Below the pieces are notes generated by a model, which worked only from the letters and a program-made list of their open reading frames with translations, had not been told where the DNA came from and ran no database searches. A stretch of 64,000 nucleotides of DNA from the human T2T-CHM13v2.0 reference genome, Homo sapiens, in assembly GCF_009914755.1 (NCBI RefSeq), contig NC_060947.1; one strand, 5' to 3'. The translations under genes were made by a program, and so were the position numbers. This document shows, piece by piece, positions 27,480 through 40,234 of the stretch; within the stretch, counting starts at the first letter, position 1, and the number at the start of each line of letters is the position of its first letter.

Positions 27480-29350
27480 TTTAAAAAGCATTTACAATAG
27501 CTACAGATAAAATTAAATACCTAGAAATTAACTTAACCAAAAAGCATAAGATCTCTACAATAAAAACCATAATGTACTGATTAAAGAAAGTGAAAATGAC
27601 ACAAAAAGTAGAACAACATTTTCTGATTATGGATTGGAAGAATCAATATTGTTAAAATGTCCATACTACTGAAAGCAATCTGGATTCAATGTGATCCCTA
27701 TCAAAACAACAATGTCATTCTTCACAGAAATTAAAAAAACCCCTAAAATTTGTATGGAATCACAAAAGACCCAGAATAGCCAAAGCTATTTTAAGCATAA
27801 AGAACAAAACTGGAGGAATTATATTACCTGACTTCAAATTATACTACAGAGCTATAGTAACAAAAACAGTATGGTACTGGCATAAATACAGACACATAGA
27901 CCAATAGAACAGAATAGAGAACACAGAAAAAATTTGGCACACCTACAGTGAACTCATTTTCAACAAAAGTGCCAGAACATACATTGAAGAAAAGATGCAA
28001 TAAATAGTGCTCAGAAAACTGTGTATCTATATGCAGAAGACTAAAACTTGATCCCCATCTCTCACCTCATACAAAAATCAAATCAGAATGGATTAAAGAC
28101 TTAAATCTAAGATCTCAAACTATGCTACCAGAAAACTTTGGGGTAAATATCCAGGACTTTGGAGATTTTTTCTGGGCAAAAATTTATTGAGCAATACACC
28201 ATAAGCAAAATGGGAACCAAAGCAAAAATGGACAAATAGAAGTTAAAAAGCTTCTGCACAATAAAGCATACAATCAACCAAGTGAAAAGACAGCCCACAA
28301 AATGAGAGAGAATATTTGCAAGCTACTCATCTGATAGGGCATTTATACCCAGAATATAAAATGATCTCAAACAACTCTATAGGAAAAAATTCAATAACAC
28401 AACTTAAAAATGTTCAAAAGATTTGAATAGACTTTTCTCAAAAGAAGACACACAAATGACAAAGAGGCATATGGAAAAGTGTTCAATACCCCTGATCATC
28501 AGAGAAATGCAAATCAAAACTACAGTGAGATGTCATCTTAACACAGTCAAAATGGCTTTTATCCAAAAGTCAGGAAACAGCACCTGCTGGTGAGGTTTTG
28601 AAGAAAAGGGAAACCTCGTACACTGTTGGTGGGAATGTAAGTTATTGCAACCACTATGAAGAACAGGTTGGAGGTTCCTCCAATAAATAAAATAAAATCC
28701 AGCATCCTCACTGCTAGGTATATATCTAAAGAAAAGAGAACAGTATATTAAAGAGATATCTGCACTCCCTTATTTGTTGCAGCACTGTTCACAATAGCCA
28801 AAATGTGAAAGCAACCTAAGTGTCTGTTAACAGATGAATGGATAAAGGAAATGTGGTACTTTAACGCAATGGAACACTATTCAGTGATTAAAAGAAAATG
28901 AGATTCTGTCTTTTGCAACAACATAAATGGAACTGGAGTTCATTATGTTTTTACATGTTCTTTGTTTGTTCTAAAGATCAAAACAATTGAACTCCTGAAG
29001 ATAGAGAATAGAAGTATGATTATCAGAGGCTGAGAAATGTAGTGGGGGGGTGGTCAGAAACGAGATGGGGATGGTTAATGCACACAAAAATAAACTGTTT
29101 GAAAGAATGATTAAGACCTACTATTTGCACAAAAAGGGGATTATAGTGAATAATAATTTAATTTTACATTTTAAAATAACTAAAAGAGTGTAAGTGGATT
29201 GTTTATAACACAAAGGGTAAGTGCATGAGAGGATGGATATCCAGTTTTCCATAATGTGATTATTATGTATTGCATGCCTGTATCAAAATAGCTCATGTAA
29301 CCCATAAATATATACCTGTACTGTATACCAACAAAAATTAAAGATAAAAT
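27480..29350 (+). mobile_element. 5'-truncated L1MA (ORF2 3' part and 3' UTR)
   Basis: ggattggaagaatcaatattgttaaaatgtccatactac, tacctgacttcaaattatactac; L1MA-type end catgtaacccataaatatatac...caaaaattaaa. Confidence 0.9.
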
Positions 29351-29977
29351 TTAATGAAGATTATTTGCTAAGAACAGGGAGCTTGATAGAAACAGAAATT
29401 GTTTTTAAAAACGGCGATCAAAAAGAGTGAGGAAAATTATTTTTATCTTGACCCTGAAAATTAAAATGAAGTCTAACAGTTCAATGGGATTTTCAATTAT
29501 CATGTCTGTAAAGAGAGTCTTGGCATGGAAGATAACAAAGAGATAAGAAGTGTATCTTGGTCTTAGAGGTTCATTTTATAAAATGAGACTATTTTTAAGT
29601 CATGCTTAAAAAATAACATAGTGGTAAAATGATAGACCTATTTTTCAACTTCTTATGGAAAAATAGAAGAGTACTATATATAATGGGGTAAAATGAAGGT
29701 AGAGTCTGGTGGGGAAAATAATATTTTAACAATAACAAATGATATTGTACTGTGAGTACTTTTTTTTTCATTATTGGCTAATAAGTTTTGTTTAATAGAC
29801 TAAATTCTCTTTAGCTTTAATTTAAGACATTTTATGGGTTTCTTTTTTCTTTTACATTGTTTTCATATTCTTAGTTACCTTGTCATATGATTTCTATAAA
29901 TTTGGTTCTAGTTAAAAAATTTCTCACAAAATAACATAAAAAAATATTCAGTATATCCAGATATCTCATGTAGTCTA

Positions 29978-30305
<328 letters not shown>

Positions 30306-31808
30306 GAAGAATAAATAAGTAAAATGATTCTAAGATATAAAAACAATTTTAATATTCAGGATATGAACAGATTCACATCTAAGTTGGAAATAGACACATT
30401 TAATCGAGGAGAAATCTGTAAAGGTCAACCTAAACAAGAAATTATTGTTTTCTATTTATTTAAACTAGAAGAAAATTATTCTTAGAATAAAATAAATCTG
30501 TTTTGGGGAAGTGAGATGTAACACCCAGATTGTTTTAAAAATGATTTTTTCATATTTTATTTTCAACATCCACCTTAATTGGAAAGTATAAAATGGGACC
30601 TTCAATTTTTTTTTGTCCACGATAGTTATAAAGTCAAGGAATTTCAGTTGACTCTCAAAAAATATAAAATAATTTGACATGTGAAAATGTAGATCATAAA
30701 ATACTTAAGATGGTGGTGACACATTAATAAAAATTAAAGTACGAAAATGAAGACACAAAACAATTTTTCTGTGTTGTTTTAAGGTTCCAATCATTCGTTT
30801 CCTGTGAAGTGGTTAACCGTTCACAAATAAAGTGTTGCATATACAAAGAAAAGACATGAAAGTTATTTTAAATTCAATAATATGATATGCCATAAAAAAC
30901 AATTCATACAAGCTTCTCTTCAGAACTAATAAAAAAGAAGTTATACATATCAAAATATTTAATTTATGAAACATTGCCCCTTAAGACTTAGTCATAGTTT
31001 TCAGGATATATGAGATAGCACTATATTAATATTGATGTATGAGGTGCACAGTACTCAGCAGGGCACAAGCAAGAGGAGTGCAATACAGAGGCAGAAATAA
31101 AGCACAAGATGTACTTTATATTCTCTGGCATTCTGGCTGCTTTTTAAAGAGCACTCAGAAAATTGGAAAGAAATGCCATTCAAAGGAATCTGTGAACTTT
31201 ACAAGGGCTTATTTCATGGCAAGTAGCCAAAGCATTTGATCCTAAATTTCATTGGCTCTGATTATTATTGCTTATGAAGTAACCCTTCAAAATAATGGGT
31301 TCTTGGGATTCCAGCTATCCTGTGGCTCATGGGGCTATGCAGCCTATATTGGATCTTATTTCATTAGAGTTGTAAAAAGCTTTTGAAATGTCCAATCCTC
31401 ATATTAAATTAAATTAAAATCAGCTCTGAAAACTTTACATATACTCATCTTTTTATGTGTATTTTGATGACCCGAACTTTTTGTTTATTACATCTAAATT
31501 TTCTTATTTTTGAATTCTATTTTCCTACTTCTTTTTTTTATCAATTCTTATTGTGAATCTTTAGTAAGTTAATTTTCAGTCTTTTTATCCAAAATTAAAA
31601 TATTGAGTACTGTGAAATTTATTGTAAATAGTTCATATTTTAGGTTTGATACATGTTCATTTTAAGAATTACTAAATGATTTATAGTTTCAGTTTTAACT
31701 TTTTAGTTAAACACACAATGGCTAAGGTTGTGTTTGTTGGATTATCTCTCTCTTTTTTTTTTTTTTTTTAACGTTCTTATAATCCTATTTTCTTTAGGGT
31801 ATATAGGA

Positions 31809-32359
31809 TGTGAACTGAAAAGTATCCGAGATAGATCTCAATTAATTTAGAAAGTTTATTTAATGCCAAGATTAAGAACATGCCTGTAACACCGCCTCAA
31901 GAGGTCCTGGTAATGAGTGCTCCAGGTGGTTGGGGTACAGTTTGCTTTTATATATTTTAGGGAGACATAATACGTCAATCAATATGTGTAAGATTTACAT
32001 TGGTTCCACCTGGAAGGGCAGAACAACTCAAAGCTGGGGCTTCTAGATCATAGAGAGACTTAAAAATTTTCTGATTGGCCATTGGTTGAAAGAGTTGTTA
32101 TCAATATAAAAGAATGCCTGGGTTACAATGAGAGAATACATTCTAATTGTTTCTTATCAGACTTAAGGTCTGTGTTGATGTTAATGCGGTCAGCTTTTCC
32201 TGAATTCTAAAAGGGAGGAGAGTATAATGAAGCATTTCTGGCTTCCCCTTCCCATCATGGCCTGAGCTAGTTTTTCAGGTTAACTTTGGAAAGTCCTTGG
32301 CCAAGAGGAGGGGTCCATTCAGAATGCTGATGGCCTTATAATTTTATTTTTGGTTTACA
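31809..32359 (-). mobile_element. MER4 (A/B-like) LTR
   Basis: Homologous to 7380-8274 (tctcaattaatttagaa...ttatttttggtttaca); no clean TSD. Confidence 0.85.
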
Positions 32360-32739
32360 AAAATTTTTACTTTTCAAAATTAAGGTGGTCATTGTTACCA
32401 AGCATAAAGCATATGATATTTCAAGAGCATAAAAGACTGTTATGCATCCTGTGATAGCCATAGTAACTTGAAATAATCAGTATACATATAGTATTTACAG
32501 CCATCAGAGGAGATGACCTTTTCAAAGGAGTGGGTATAGATGGAAAAGAGATTCAGGAAGAGAGACACTCCAGTTTGTAAGGGTTATTTAAACAAAGAGG
32601 GTGGAGGTATGTGAAAGATTATGAGACAAGAGCAGTAAAAAAGATTGAGAATAAAAAACTGGTGAGAAAAAAAGTCAACTGTGGGAGCACAATTTTCTAT
32701 AAGTGAAATAAAGAAAAGTGTTTCATAAAGAATGGAGTG

Positions 32740-33513
32740 GGCTAGGCACAGTGACTTGCACCTGTAATCCCAGCACTTTGGGAGGCCGAAGTGGCTGGAT
32801 TGCTTGAGCCCAGGAGTTCAAGACCCACCTGGGCAAAATGGTAAAGCACTGTCTCTCCAAAAAAAAAAAAAATGCAATAATTATCCAGGCATAGTAGAGC
32901 ACTCCTGTAGTGCCAGCTATTAGGTTTTGAAGGGAAGATGAGGGTTAAAGAAAGACACACACACCAAAAGAGAGCAACCCAACAGCAAATCCAGGCTTTG
33001 TGTCCAGCATAAAACCTATAGAAGTGGGGGACCAGTCTAATGCCAGAGCCCACCACTGCTTACAGGCTGGGGCAGTTTATAGGTGTGGGTGGGAGTGGTC
33101 TGGGCAGTATGGCTTGCTGCCCCGCAAAATATTGATAAGATATTCCCATGATGAGGCAATTCTTGTCCTTGTTCCAGTGGAATGTCATCGTGGTGTTTCT
33201 TGGAACTTTGTCCAGCAAGATATAATGGAGATGTTTCTTTAGTGGGCCCTTGTCCGCCTTGTAGTCAGGTGGTTAGGCAGGATATTTCTCATGGTCCAAA
33301 CTCCCATAAAATGTTTCACTTTAACTGAGGTCTGCAAAATAGCGGTGAGCTTATAAAATGGTGCAGTTCATACTAACACCAGCTACTAGGGATGCTGAGG
33401 TGGGAGAATCCTTTGAGCCCGGGAGGTAGAAATTGCAGTGAACCCTCCTTGTATCACTGCACTCCAGCCTGGGTGACATAGCGAGACCCTGTCTCAAAAA
33501 AAAAAAAAAAAAA
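32740..33513 (+). mobile_element. AluJ split by an LTR insertion
   Basis: Right arm breaks at ctgtagtgCCAGC (32917) and resumes CCAGCtact (33379), ending in poly-A. Confidence 0.9.
32918..33378 (-). mobile_element. Solo LTR (LTR32-like, ERVL) inside the Alu
   Basis: Minus strand starts TGTTAGTATGAACTGCACCATTTTATAAGC; 5-bp TSD CCAGC. Confidence 0.75.
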
Positions 33514-33560
33514 ACTGAGTGATGAACTGTCAAATTATGTGGGTATGTAAAGTTACAGGA

Positions 33561-33912
33561 TGTCTTAGTTCCTTCAGGCTGCTATAACAAAATACCATAA
33601 ACTGGATGGCTTATAAACAAGAAAAGTTTATTTCTCACAGTTCTGGAGGTTGAAAAGTCCAAGATCAGGGTGCCGGCAGATGTGGTGTCTGGTGAAAGTC
33701 TACTTTCTGGTTCTTCGATGGCTGTCTTCTCACTGTGTCTTCACATGGCAAAAGGGGTGAGCTAGTTGTCTGGAGTCTTCTGTATGAAGGCATTTATCAA
33801 GAGTCCTCATTACCTAATCACTTTCCAAAAGACCCACTTCCTAATACCATGTCATTAGGAGTTAGGATTTCAAAATACGTATTGTGGAAGGAACATAAAC
33901 AAACCATAGTAT
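33561..33912 (-). mobile_element. MLT1A-like MaLR LTR
   Basis: tgtcttagtt...ggctgctataacaaaatacca...ttatttctcacagttctggagg. Confidence 0.88.
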
Positions 33913-34549
33913 AGGAAAAGTGAAAGTCACATGGTCAATTTTACACTGTAGAAATAATTAGTGGCCTTGAAAAGAGTTGTTTCTATAGTGTAGTGGGGAT
34001 AAAATTTTGATTTGTGTGGTTTCAATAGAGAGTGGGAGGAGAGAAATTTGAGAAGGGGGTTATAGGAGACTTATAGAAGTCAACCATTGCAACAAATGGA
34101 ATACTATCTAGGAAAAAATATAGGTAAGATTGATAGATGCAGTAGAGGGAGAAAGTGAAAGTGTGGTTATATTTGTTATTGCTTTATATTATCTAAAATT
34201 ATGCTAATAAAAAGTGTAGAATAGTATATTAACCCCCACATACCCATCATTGAGTTTCAAAAATTATCAACTTGTTTTACCTGTACCCCCAAAACCCCCA
34301 ATTATTCTGAAATAAAACATAAATTTTATTACTTTATCTGTAAATATTTTAATATAAACCTCTAAAAGATAAAGACCCTTTAAAAATCACCAGAATGCTT
34401 TATGGTAATTAAAACAATATTAATTAAAATACTTTAATATCATTAAATTACCCTAATCATTGATCTTCTAACTTTTTTTAATCAGGACAATTAATATGTA
34501 TAAAACATTGCAATGTGTTAAAATGTTTCTTAAGCCTCTTTCAATCTAT

Positions 34550-34740
34550 AGCAGTGGTTTGTAATCTTAGTTACATGTCAGAATCAATTGAGGGTGGGTC
34601 TTTAAAAATCCTGATGTCTAAGCTATACACCTGACAAGTTAAATCAGTATCCCTTGTCATAGGCTGTAGGCATCAGTTTTTTATTTTTAATCTCTATGTG
34701 TGATGCTAATGCTCATATGAATTTGAGAACAATGATCTAT
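34550..34740. mobile_element. MER5A/B MITE
   Basis: gcagtggttt...cagaatca...aaaaatcctgatg...tttgagaacaatg. Confidence 0.65.
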
Positions 34741-34984
34741 AGATCCCCATTCCTCTCATTTTTTTCCCTTGCAATTCATTCGCTATAACTACTAATTTGC
34801 TTTATCCCACAGTACATACAGACACACACATACACACACAATTTTTAGAATAACAACACTAATACTCCCATTAATAGCATGTTGAAATTTAAAAGTGTGT
34901 TATTTTTAATGATATTCTTTGTTTTTAGGATGTATTTTATAAGTGATATACAGTCCAATTACTGTTTTGTTTTTCTGTGTATAT

Positions 34985-35095
34985 GTGGTCTTACTATGTT
35001 GCCCAGACTGGTCTCAAACTCCTGGTCTCAAGCGATTCTTCCACCTCGACCTCCCAAAGTTTTGGAAATGCAGACATACACCACCACATCTGGTC
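34985..35095 (-). mobile_element. Alu monomer
   Basis: ctatgttgcccagactggtctcaaactcctgg; single arm. Confidence 0.8.
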
Positions 35096-35690
35096 AAATT
35101 ACTAGGTTTCAAAGTAACTTAATTTTTTTTTCTTCGTGTAGTTATACCTCCAACTTGATATTCAGTTAGACTTATTTATATTAACTGTTTATTTGAGTTT
35201 TAGGAATGGCATCTCAACATTTAATTTTATTGAAATATTTTCTATGTATTTTCATGGATTCCAAAGCAAAAATACAAAACATGGCATATTCAAAAGTTAT
35301 ATAATTACTTTTTCCAATAGCTTCAGGAATACAAGTGGTTTTTCATTACACGGATGAATTTTATAGTGGTGAAGTCTGGGCATTTAGCGTCACTGAACCC
35401 AATAGGTAATTTTTCATTTATTTCCCTTCCTAACCTCCTCTCTTCTGAGTCTCCAATGTCCATTATACCACTCTATATGCCTTTACAAACACATAACTTA
35501 GCTATCACTTATAAGTGAGAACATGCAGTATCTGGTTTTCTATTCCTGAGTTACTTCACTTAGAATAATAACCTCCAGATCCATCCAAGTTTTTTTTTTT
35601 TTCCAATAGTGAATTGTGCAGCATTAAACATACATGTGTAGATTTCTTTTAAATACAATGACTTCTTTTCTTTTGGGTAGATACTCCATC

Positions 35691-35735
35691 GTAAAAGGCA
35701 AAAGATTTATACGATCTGAAGAGAAACCAGAGTAT
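35691..35735 (-). pseudogene. 3'-truncated (tailless) U5 snRNA retropseudogene
   Basis: Minus strand ATACTCTGGTTTCTCTTCAGATCGTATAAATCTTTTGCCTTTTAC matches U5 nt 1-45 with 1-2 transitions; flanked by TAGATACTCCATCGT at 35678-35692 and 35735-35749. Confidence 0.92.
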
Positions 35736-37005
35736 AGATACTCCATCGTTGGATTGCTGTATTGAATGATAGATGTGCTTTTTATTCTTTGATACATCTC
35801 CATACTCTTTTCCATAGAGGTTGTGCTAACTTACATTCCCACCAACAATGTGTAAGTGATACCTTTTCATTATATCGATACCAATATCCAGTGTTTTGTG
35901 AGTGTTTAATAATGGTCATTCTGGTTGGGGTAAGGTGGTATTTCACTGTGGTTTCAATTTTCATTTCCCTGATAATTAATGAAGTTGGGCATTTGATTAG
36001 TGATGTTGAGTCAATCACATTTATTGATTTGCATATGTTGGCTGTGGATTTGTCCTAGATGGCTCCCATTATTTTGAGATATGTTTCTTTTTTGCGTGTT
36101 TGTTGGCCATGTGTATATCTTCTTTGGAAAAATGTCCCTTCGTGTCATTTGCTCACATTTTCATGGGATTATTTGGTTTTTTTCTTCCTATTTTTTTAAC
36201 TTCCTTGTAGATTCTGAATATTAGTTTTCCTCTTGTGGATGTATAGTTTGCAAATATTTTCTCCCTTCTATACGTTGCCTGTTTATTCTGTTTATTATTT
36301 CTTTTGCTGTGCAGAAGCTTTTTAGTTTAATTAAGTCCAATTTATTTACTTTTGTTTTACTTATATTTGCTTTTGAAATCTTAGTAATAAATTCCTTGCA
36401 TAGGCCAATGTCCAGAAGAGCTTATCCCAGGTTTTCTTGTATAATTTTAATGGTTTAAGCCTTTAATCTAACTTTACTTAATCCTTGTGTGTGGTGAGAT
36501 ATAGGGATCCAGTTTCATTTTCCTGTATGTGGCCATCCAATTTTCTCCACCATTTATTGAACAAAGTGCCCTTTCTCCAGTGTACATTTTTTGTTTTTTT
36601 GTTTTTTGTTTTTGGCTTTGTCAAAGATTAGTTGTTGTAGCCATTGGGCTTTATTTAAAGGTTCTCTATTCTACTCCATTGGTCTTTGTATCTATTTTTA
36701 TACAATTAGCATGCTTTTTTGGCTACTATAAATTTCAATTTTGTAATGTGATGCCTACAGATTTATTTTTGGATCAGGATTGCATTGGCTATTCAGGTGA
36801 TTTATTGGTTCTATACAAATTTTAGGATTGTTTTTTGCTAAGTCTGTGAAAAAAAACAACATTGGTATTTTGAGAAGAATTTCATTGAATCTGTAGATTG
36901 CTTGGGCAGTATAGTCATTTTCACAATACAGATACTTTCAATCCGTGAGAATGTAATATGTTTCCATTTGTTCCTGTCATCTACGATGTATTTCTTTAGT
37001 GCTTT

Positions 37006-37641
37006 TTACTTCTTCTTACAGAGGTCTTTCACCCCCTTGGGTAAATGTATTCCTACATATTTTATTTTACTTGCAGCTATTGTAAATGGGATTGAGTTTT
37101 TTACTTGATTAACGGCTTGGTTGTTTCTGGTGTATAACAGTGCTCCTGTTTTACGTACCTTGATTTTGTAATCTGAGACTTTACTGAATTCATTTATCAA
37201 ATCTAGTAATCTTCTGGAAGAGTCTTTAAGGTATAAGATCATATTATTGGAAAACAGAAATAGCTTGACTTCCTCTTTTTCAATTTGGATGGGCATTATT
37301 TTTTTCTCTTGCCTGATTTTTCCGGCTGGAACTTCCTGTATTGTTTTGAATAGAAATGGTGAATGAGGGCATTTTAGTTTTGTTCCAGTTCTTAGAATGA
37401 ATGCTTTCAACTTTTCCCCATTTAGTGTGATGTTGGCTGTGGATTTGTATAAGATGTCTCTGATTATTTTGATGTATGTTCCTTCAGTGCCTAGTTTTTT
37501 GAGGGTTTTTATCAAAGAGTGTTGGATTTTATCTAATGCTTTTTCTGCATCTACTAAGATGATTGTATGATTTTTGTTTTTAATTCTGTTTTTGTGGTGA
37601 CTCATATTTATTGACTTACATATGTTGAACCATGCTTGCAT
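37006..37641 (-). pseudogene. L1 ORF2 reverse transcriptase remnant (211 aa)
   Basis: [12 protein letters not shown]...[11 protein letters not shown]...GTKLKCPHSPFLF; catalytic FADD decayed to FSNN. Confidence 0.9.
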
Positions 37642-37788
37642 ACCTGGAATAAACCCACTTGATTGTGGTAAATTATTTTTTGATGTGATGTTGGATTCAG
37701 TTTGCTGGTATTTTTTGAAGATTTTTGAATCTATGTTTATTAGGAATACTGGTCTGTAGTTTTCTTTTTTTCTTGTGTCTTTTTCTCA

Positions 37789-37930
37789 CTTTGGTTTCAA
37801 GGTGATATTGGCTTTTGAGAAGGAGTTACAGAGAATTCCCTCCTTCTTGATCTTTTGAACTTTGGTTTCAATGTGACACTGGCTTCTGAGAAAGAGTTAC
37901 AGAGAATTCTCTCCTTCTTGGTCCTTTGAA
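37789..37930. repeat. 71-bp tandem duplication within L1 ORF2
   Basis: ctttggtttcaa...gagttacagagaattc...tttgaa twice, about 8 mismatches. Confidence 0.9.
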
Positions 37931-38577
37931 ATGGTTTCAGTGTAACTGCTACCAGTTCTTTAAACATCTGGTAGAAATTGGCTGTGAATCTATCTGGTCC
38001 TGGATTTTTTTGTTGCTGTTGGGAGATATTTTATTACTGATTTAGTCTCACTGCTTATTTTTGGTCTGCTCAGGATTTCTGTGTATTCCTGATTCAAGCT
38101 TTGGGGGCTTATACATTTCCAGGAATTTATTCATTTTCTGTAATTTTTCTAGTTTGTGTACATAGAGGTGTTCATAGTCGTCTCAGATATTTTGTATTTT
38201 TGTGATATAAGACATTATTTTCATTTCTGATTGAGCTTATTTGAATCTTCTCTCTTTTTGTCTTGGTTAATCTAGCTGTTATCAATCTTGTTTATCTTTT
38301 CAAAGAGCCACCTTTTAATTTTATTAATAGTTTGTATTTGTCTTGTTTCAATCATTTAGATCTTCTTCAATCTTTGGTATTTATTTTCTTCAGTTAGCAT
38401 CTTGTTTTGTTTTTCTTGCTTCTCTAGATCCTTGAGGTGTAATGTTAGATTGTCAACTAGTGATTTTTCTGTCTTTTTGATGTAGCTATTTAGCTCTAGA
38501 AACTTTTCTCTTAGCATGAATTTTGCTGTATCCCAGAGATTTTGATAACTTGTGCCAATTTTATGGTGTATTTCAGG

Positions 38578-38872
38578 GGTTTGGCATAGTGTCATGCCTG
38601 TAAACCCAGCACTCTAGGAGGTAAAAGTAGAAGGATTATTTGAGGTCGGGAGCTCAAGACTAGCCTGGGAAAATAGCAAGACCCTGTCCCTTCAAAAAAT
38701 AAAAATAAGAAAATTAGCCAGACATGGTGGAACATGCTTGACGTACCAGCTACTCAGGAGGCTGAGACAAGAGGATTGCTTGATCCTAGGAGTTTGAGGC
38801 TGAAGTGACCTATGATTGTGCCACTGCACTCCAGCCAGGATGACAGAGAAATATCCCATCTCAAAGAAAAAA
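38578..38872 (+). mobile_element. AluJ
   Basis: Diverged dimer inside L1. Confidence 0.88.
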
Positions 38873-39544
38873 ATGATTAAATTTTCATATTAATATTATT
38901 GCTGATAGAAAAATTCTTCAGGAGCCAATTATTTGATTTCCATGTATCTGTATAGTTTTGTGAGTTTCTTTTGGAAGTAATTTCTAGTTTTATTCCACTG
39001 TGGTCTGAGAGGATAATTAATATAATTTTGATTTAAAAAATTATTCAGATTCGTTTTGTTGCCTGTAATATGGTCAATCTTAGAAAATGTTCCATGTGCT
39101 GATAAGAATGTGTATTCTGCAGCTTTGAGGTATAATGTTTGTGACAAATATCTGTTAGTTTTGTTTGTTCTAGAGTCCAATTTAAGGCCAGTGTTTCATT
39201 GTTAAATTTCTACCTCTATAATCTGTCTACTGCTGTCAGTGGAGTGTTGAAGTCTCCCACTATTATTGTATTGCTGTCTTTCTATTTTCTTAGGTCTAGT
39301 AGTATTTCTTTTCTGAATCAGGGAGCTCCAGATTTAGTTACATATATAGTTAGAATCGTTACATTTTCTTATTGAATTGATCTTTTTATGTTTACATAAT
39401 GACGTCTTTTGCCTTTTTATTTTTACTATTGCTGATATAAAGTCTGTTCTTAGAAGAGACTATTTTTGGTCACTTTTGTTTCTATTTGCATGGAATATTT
39501 TTTCACCTATTTACCTTGAGTCTATAAGAATCTAAAAGTTAGTC

Positions 39545-39850
39545 TGGTGGGTGCGGTGGCTCACACCTGTAATCCCAGCACTTTGAGAGTCTGAGGTGGA
39601 TAGATCTCTTGAGTCCAGGAGTTTTTGAGACCAGCCTGAGAACATGGTGAAACATTGTCTCTACAAAAAAATACGAAAATTAGTCAGGTGTGGTGGTGCA
39701 CATCTGTAGTCCCAGCTACTTGGGAGCTGATGTGGGAGGATTGCTTGAGCCTGTGAGGTCAAGGCTGCAGTGAGCAATGATCATGCCACTGCACTCCAGC
39801 CTGGGAAGCAGAGTGAGACTCCATCTCAGAAAAAAAAAAAAAAAAAAAAA
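39545..39850 (+). mobile_element. Alu (J-like)
   Basis: Dimer with poly-A. Confidence 0.9.
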
Positions 39851-39924
39851 GAGTCAAAATAATCTACAAGTTAGGTGGAACTCTTAAAGGCAGCAGATAC
39901 TTGAATTGCATTTTTTTGTGTGTT

Positions 39925-40234
39925 TGTTTATTTATTTATTTATTTATTTATTGAGACAAGGTCTCAACTGTGTCACCCAGGCTGAGTGAAGTGGCACAAT
40001 GATAGCTCACTGCAGCCTCAAACTCCAGCAGTCAAGGGATTTTCCCACCTCAGAATTCTGAGTGGCTCGTACTATAGGGGCACACCATTATGCCTAACCA
40101 ACTTTTTAATGTTTTTTTAAAGACAGGGTCTTGCTATGCTGCCCAGGCTGGCCTCGAGCTTCTGGGCTCAAAATGTAGGCCCACTTTGGCCTCCCAAGTG
40201 ATGGAATTTTAGTCATGAGCAACTGCAGCCAGCC
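39925..40234 (-). mobile_element. AluJ
   Basis: Antisense dimer with (TTTA)n tail. Confidence 0.88.

Larger units (their letters stand above)
32560..34160 (-). mobile_element. L2 fragments, interrupted by Alu/LTR and MLT1A
   Basis: aagaaaagtgtttca...ggagtg | gagtgatgaactgtcaaat... ; ccttgaaaagagttgtttc...gagagtgggagg. Confidence 0.5.
34190..35290 (-). mobile_element. Old L1M 3' region with MER5 and Alu monomer inserted
   Basis: ccccacatacccatca...caaaaattatcaac; atctgtaaatattt...ctctaaaagataa. Confidence 0.5.

Noticed and set aside
35691-35735. Functional U5 gene or U5-L1 chimera
   Set aside because: Only 45 nt with no Sm site or 3' stem. It has its own TSD in the L1 body rather than being fused to an L1 5' end.
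37006-37641. 211-aa ORF as an active reverse transcriptase
   Set aside because: L1 ORF2 remnant with the catalytic aspartates lost and broken frames on both sides.
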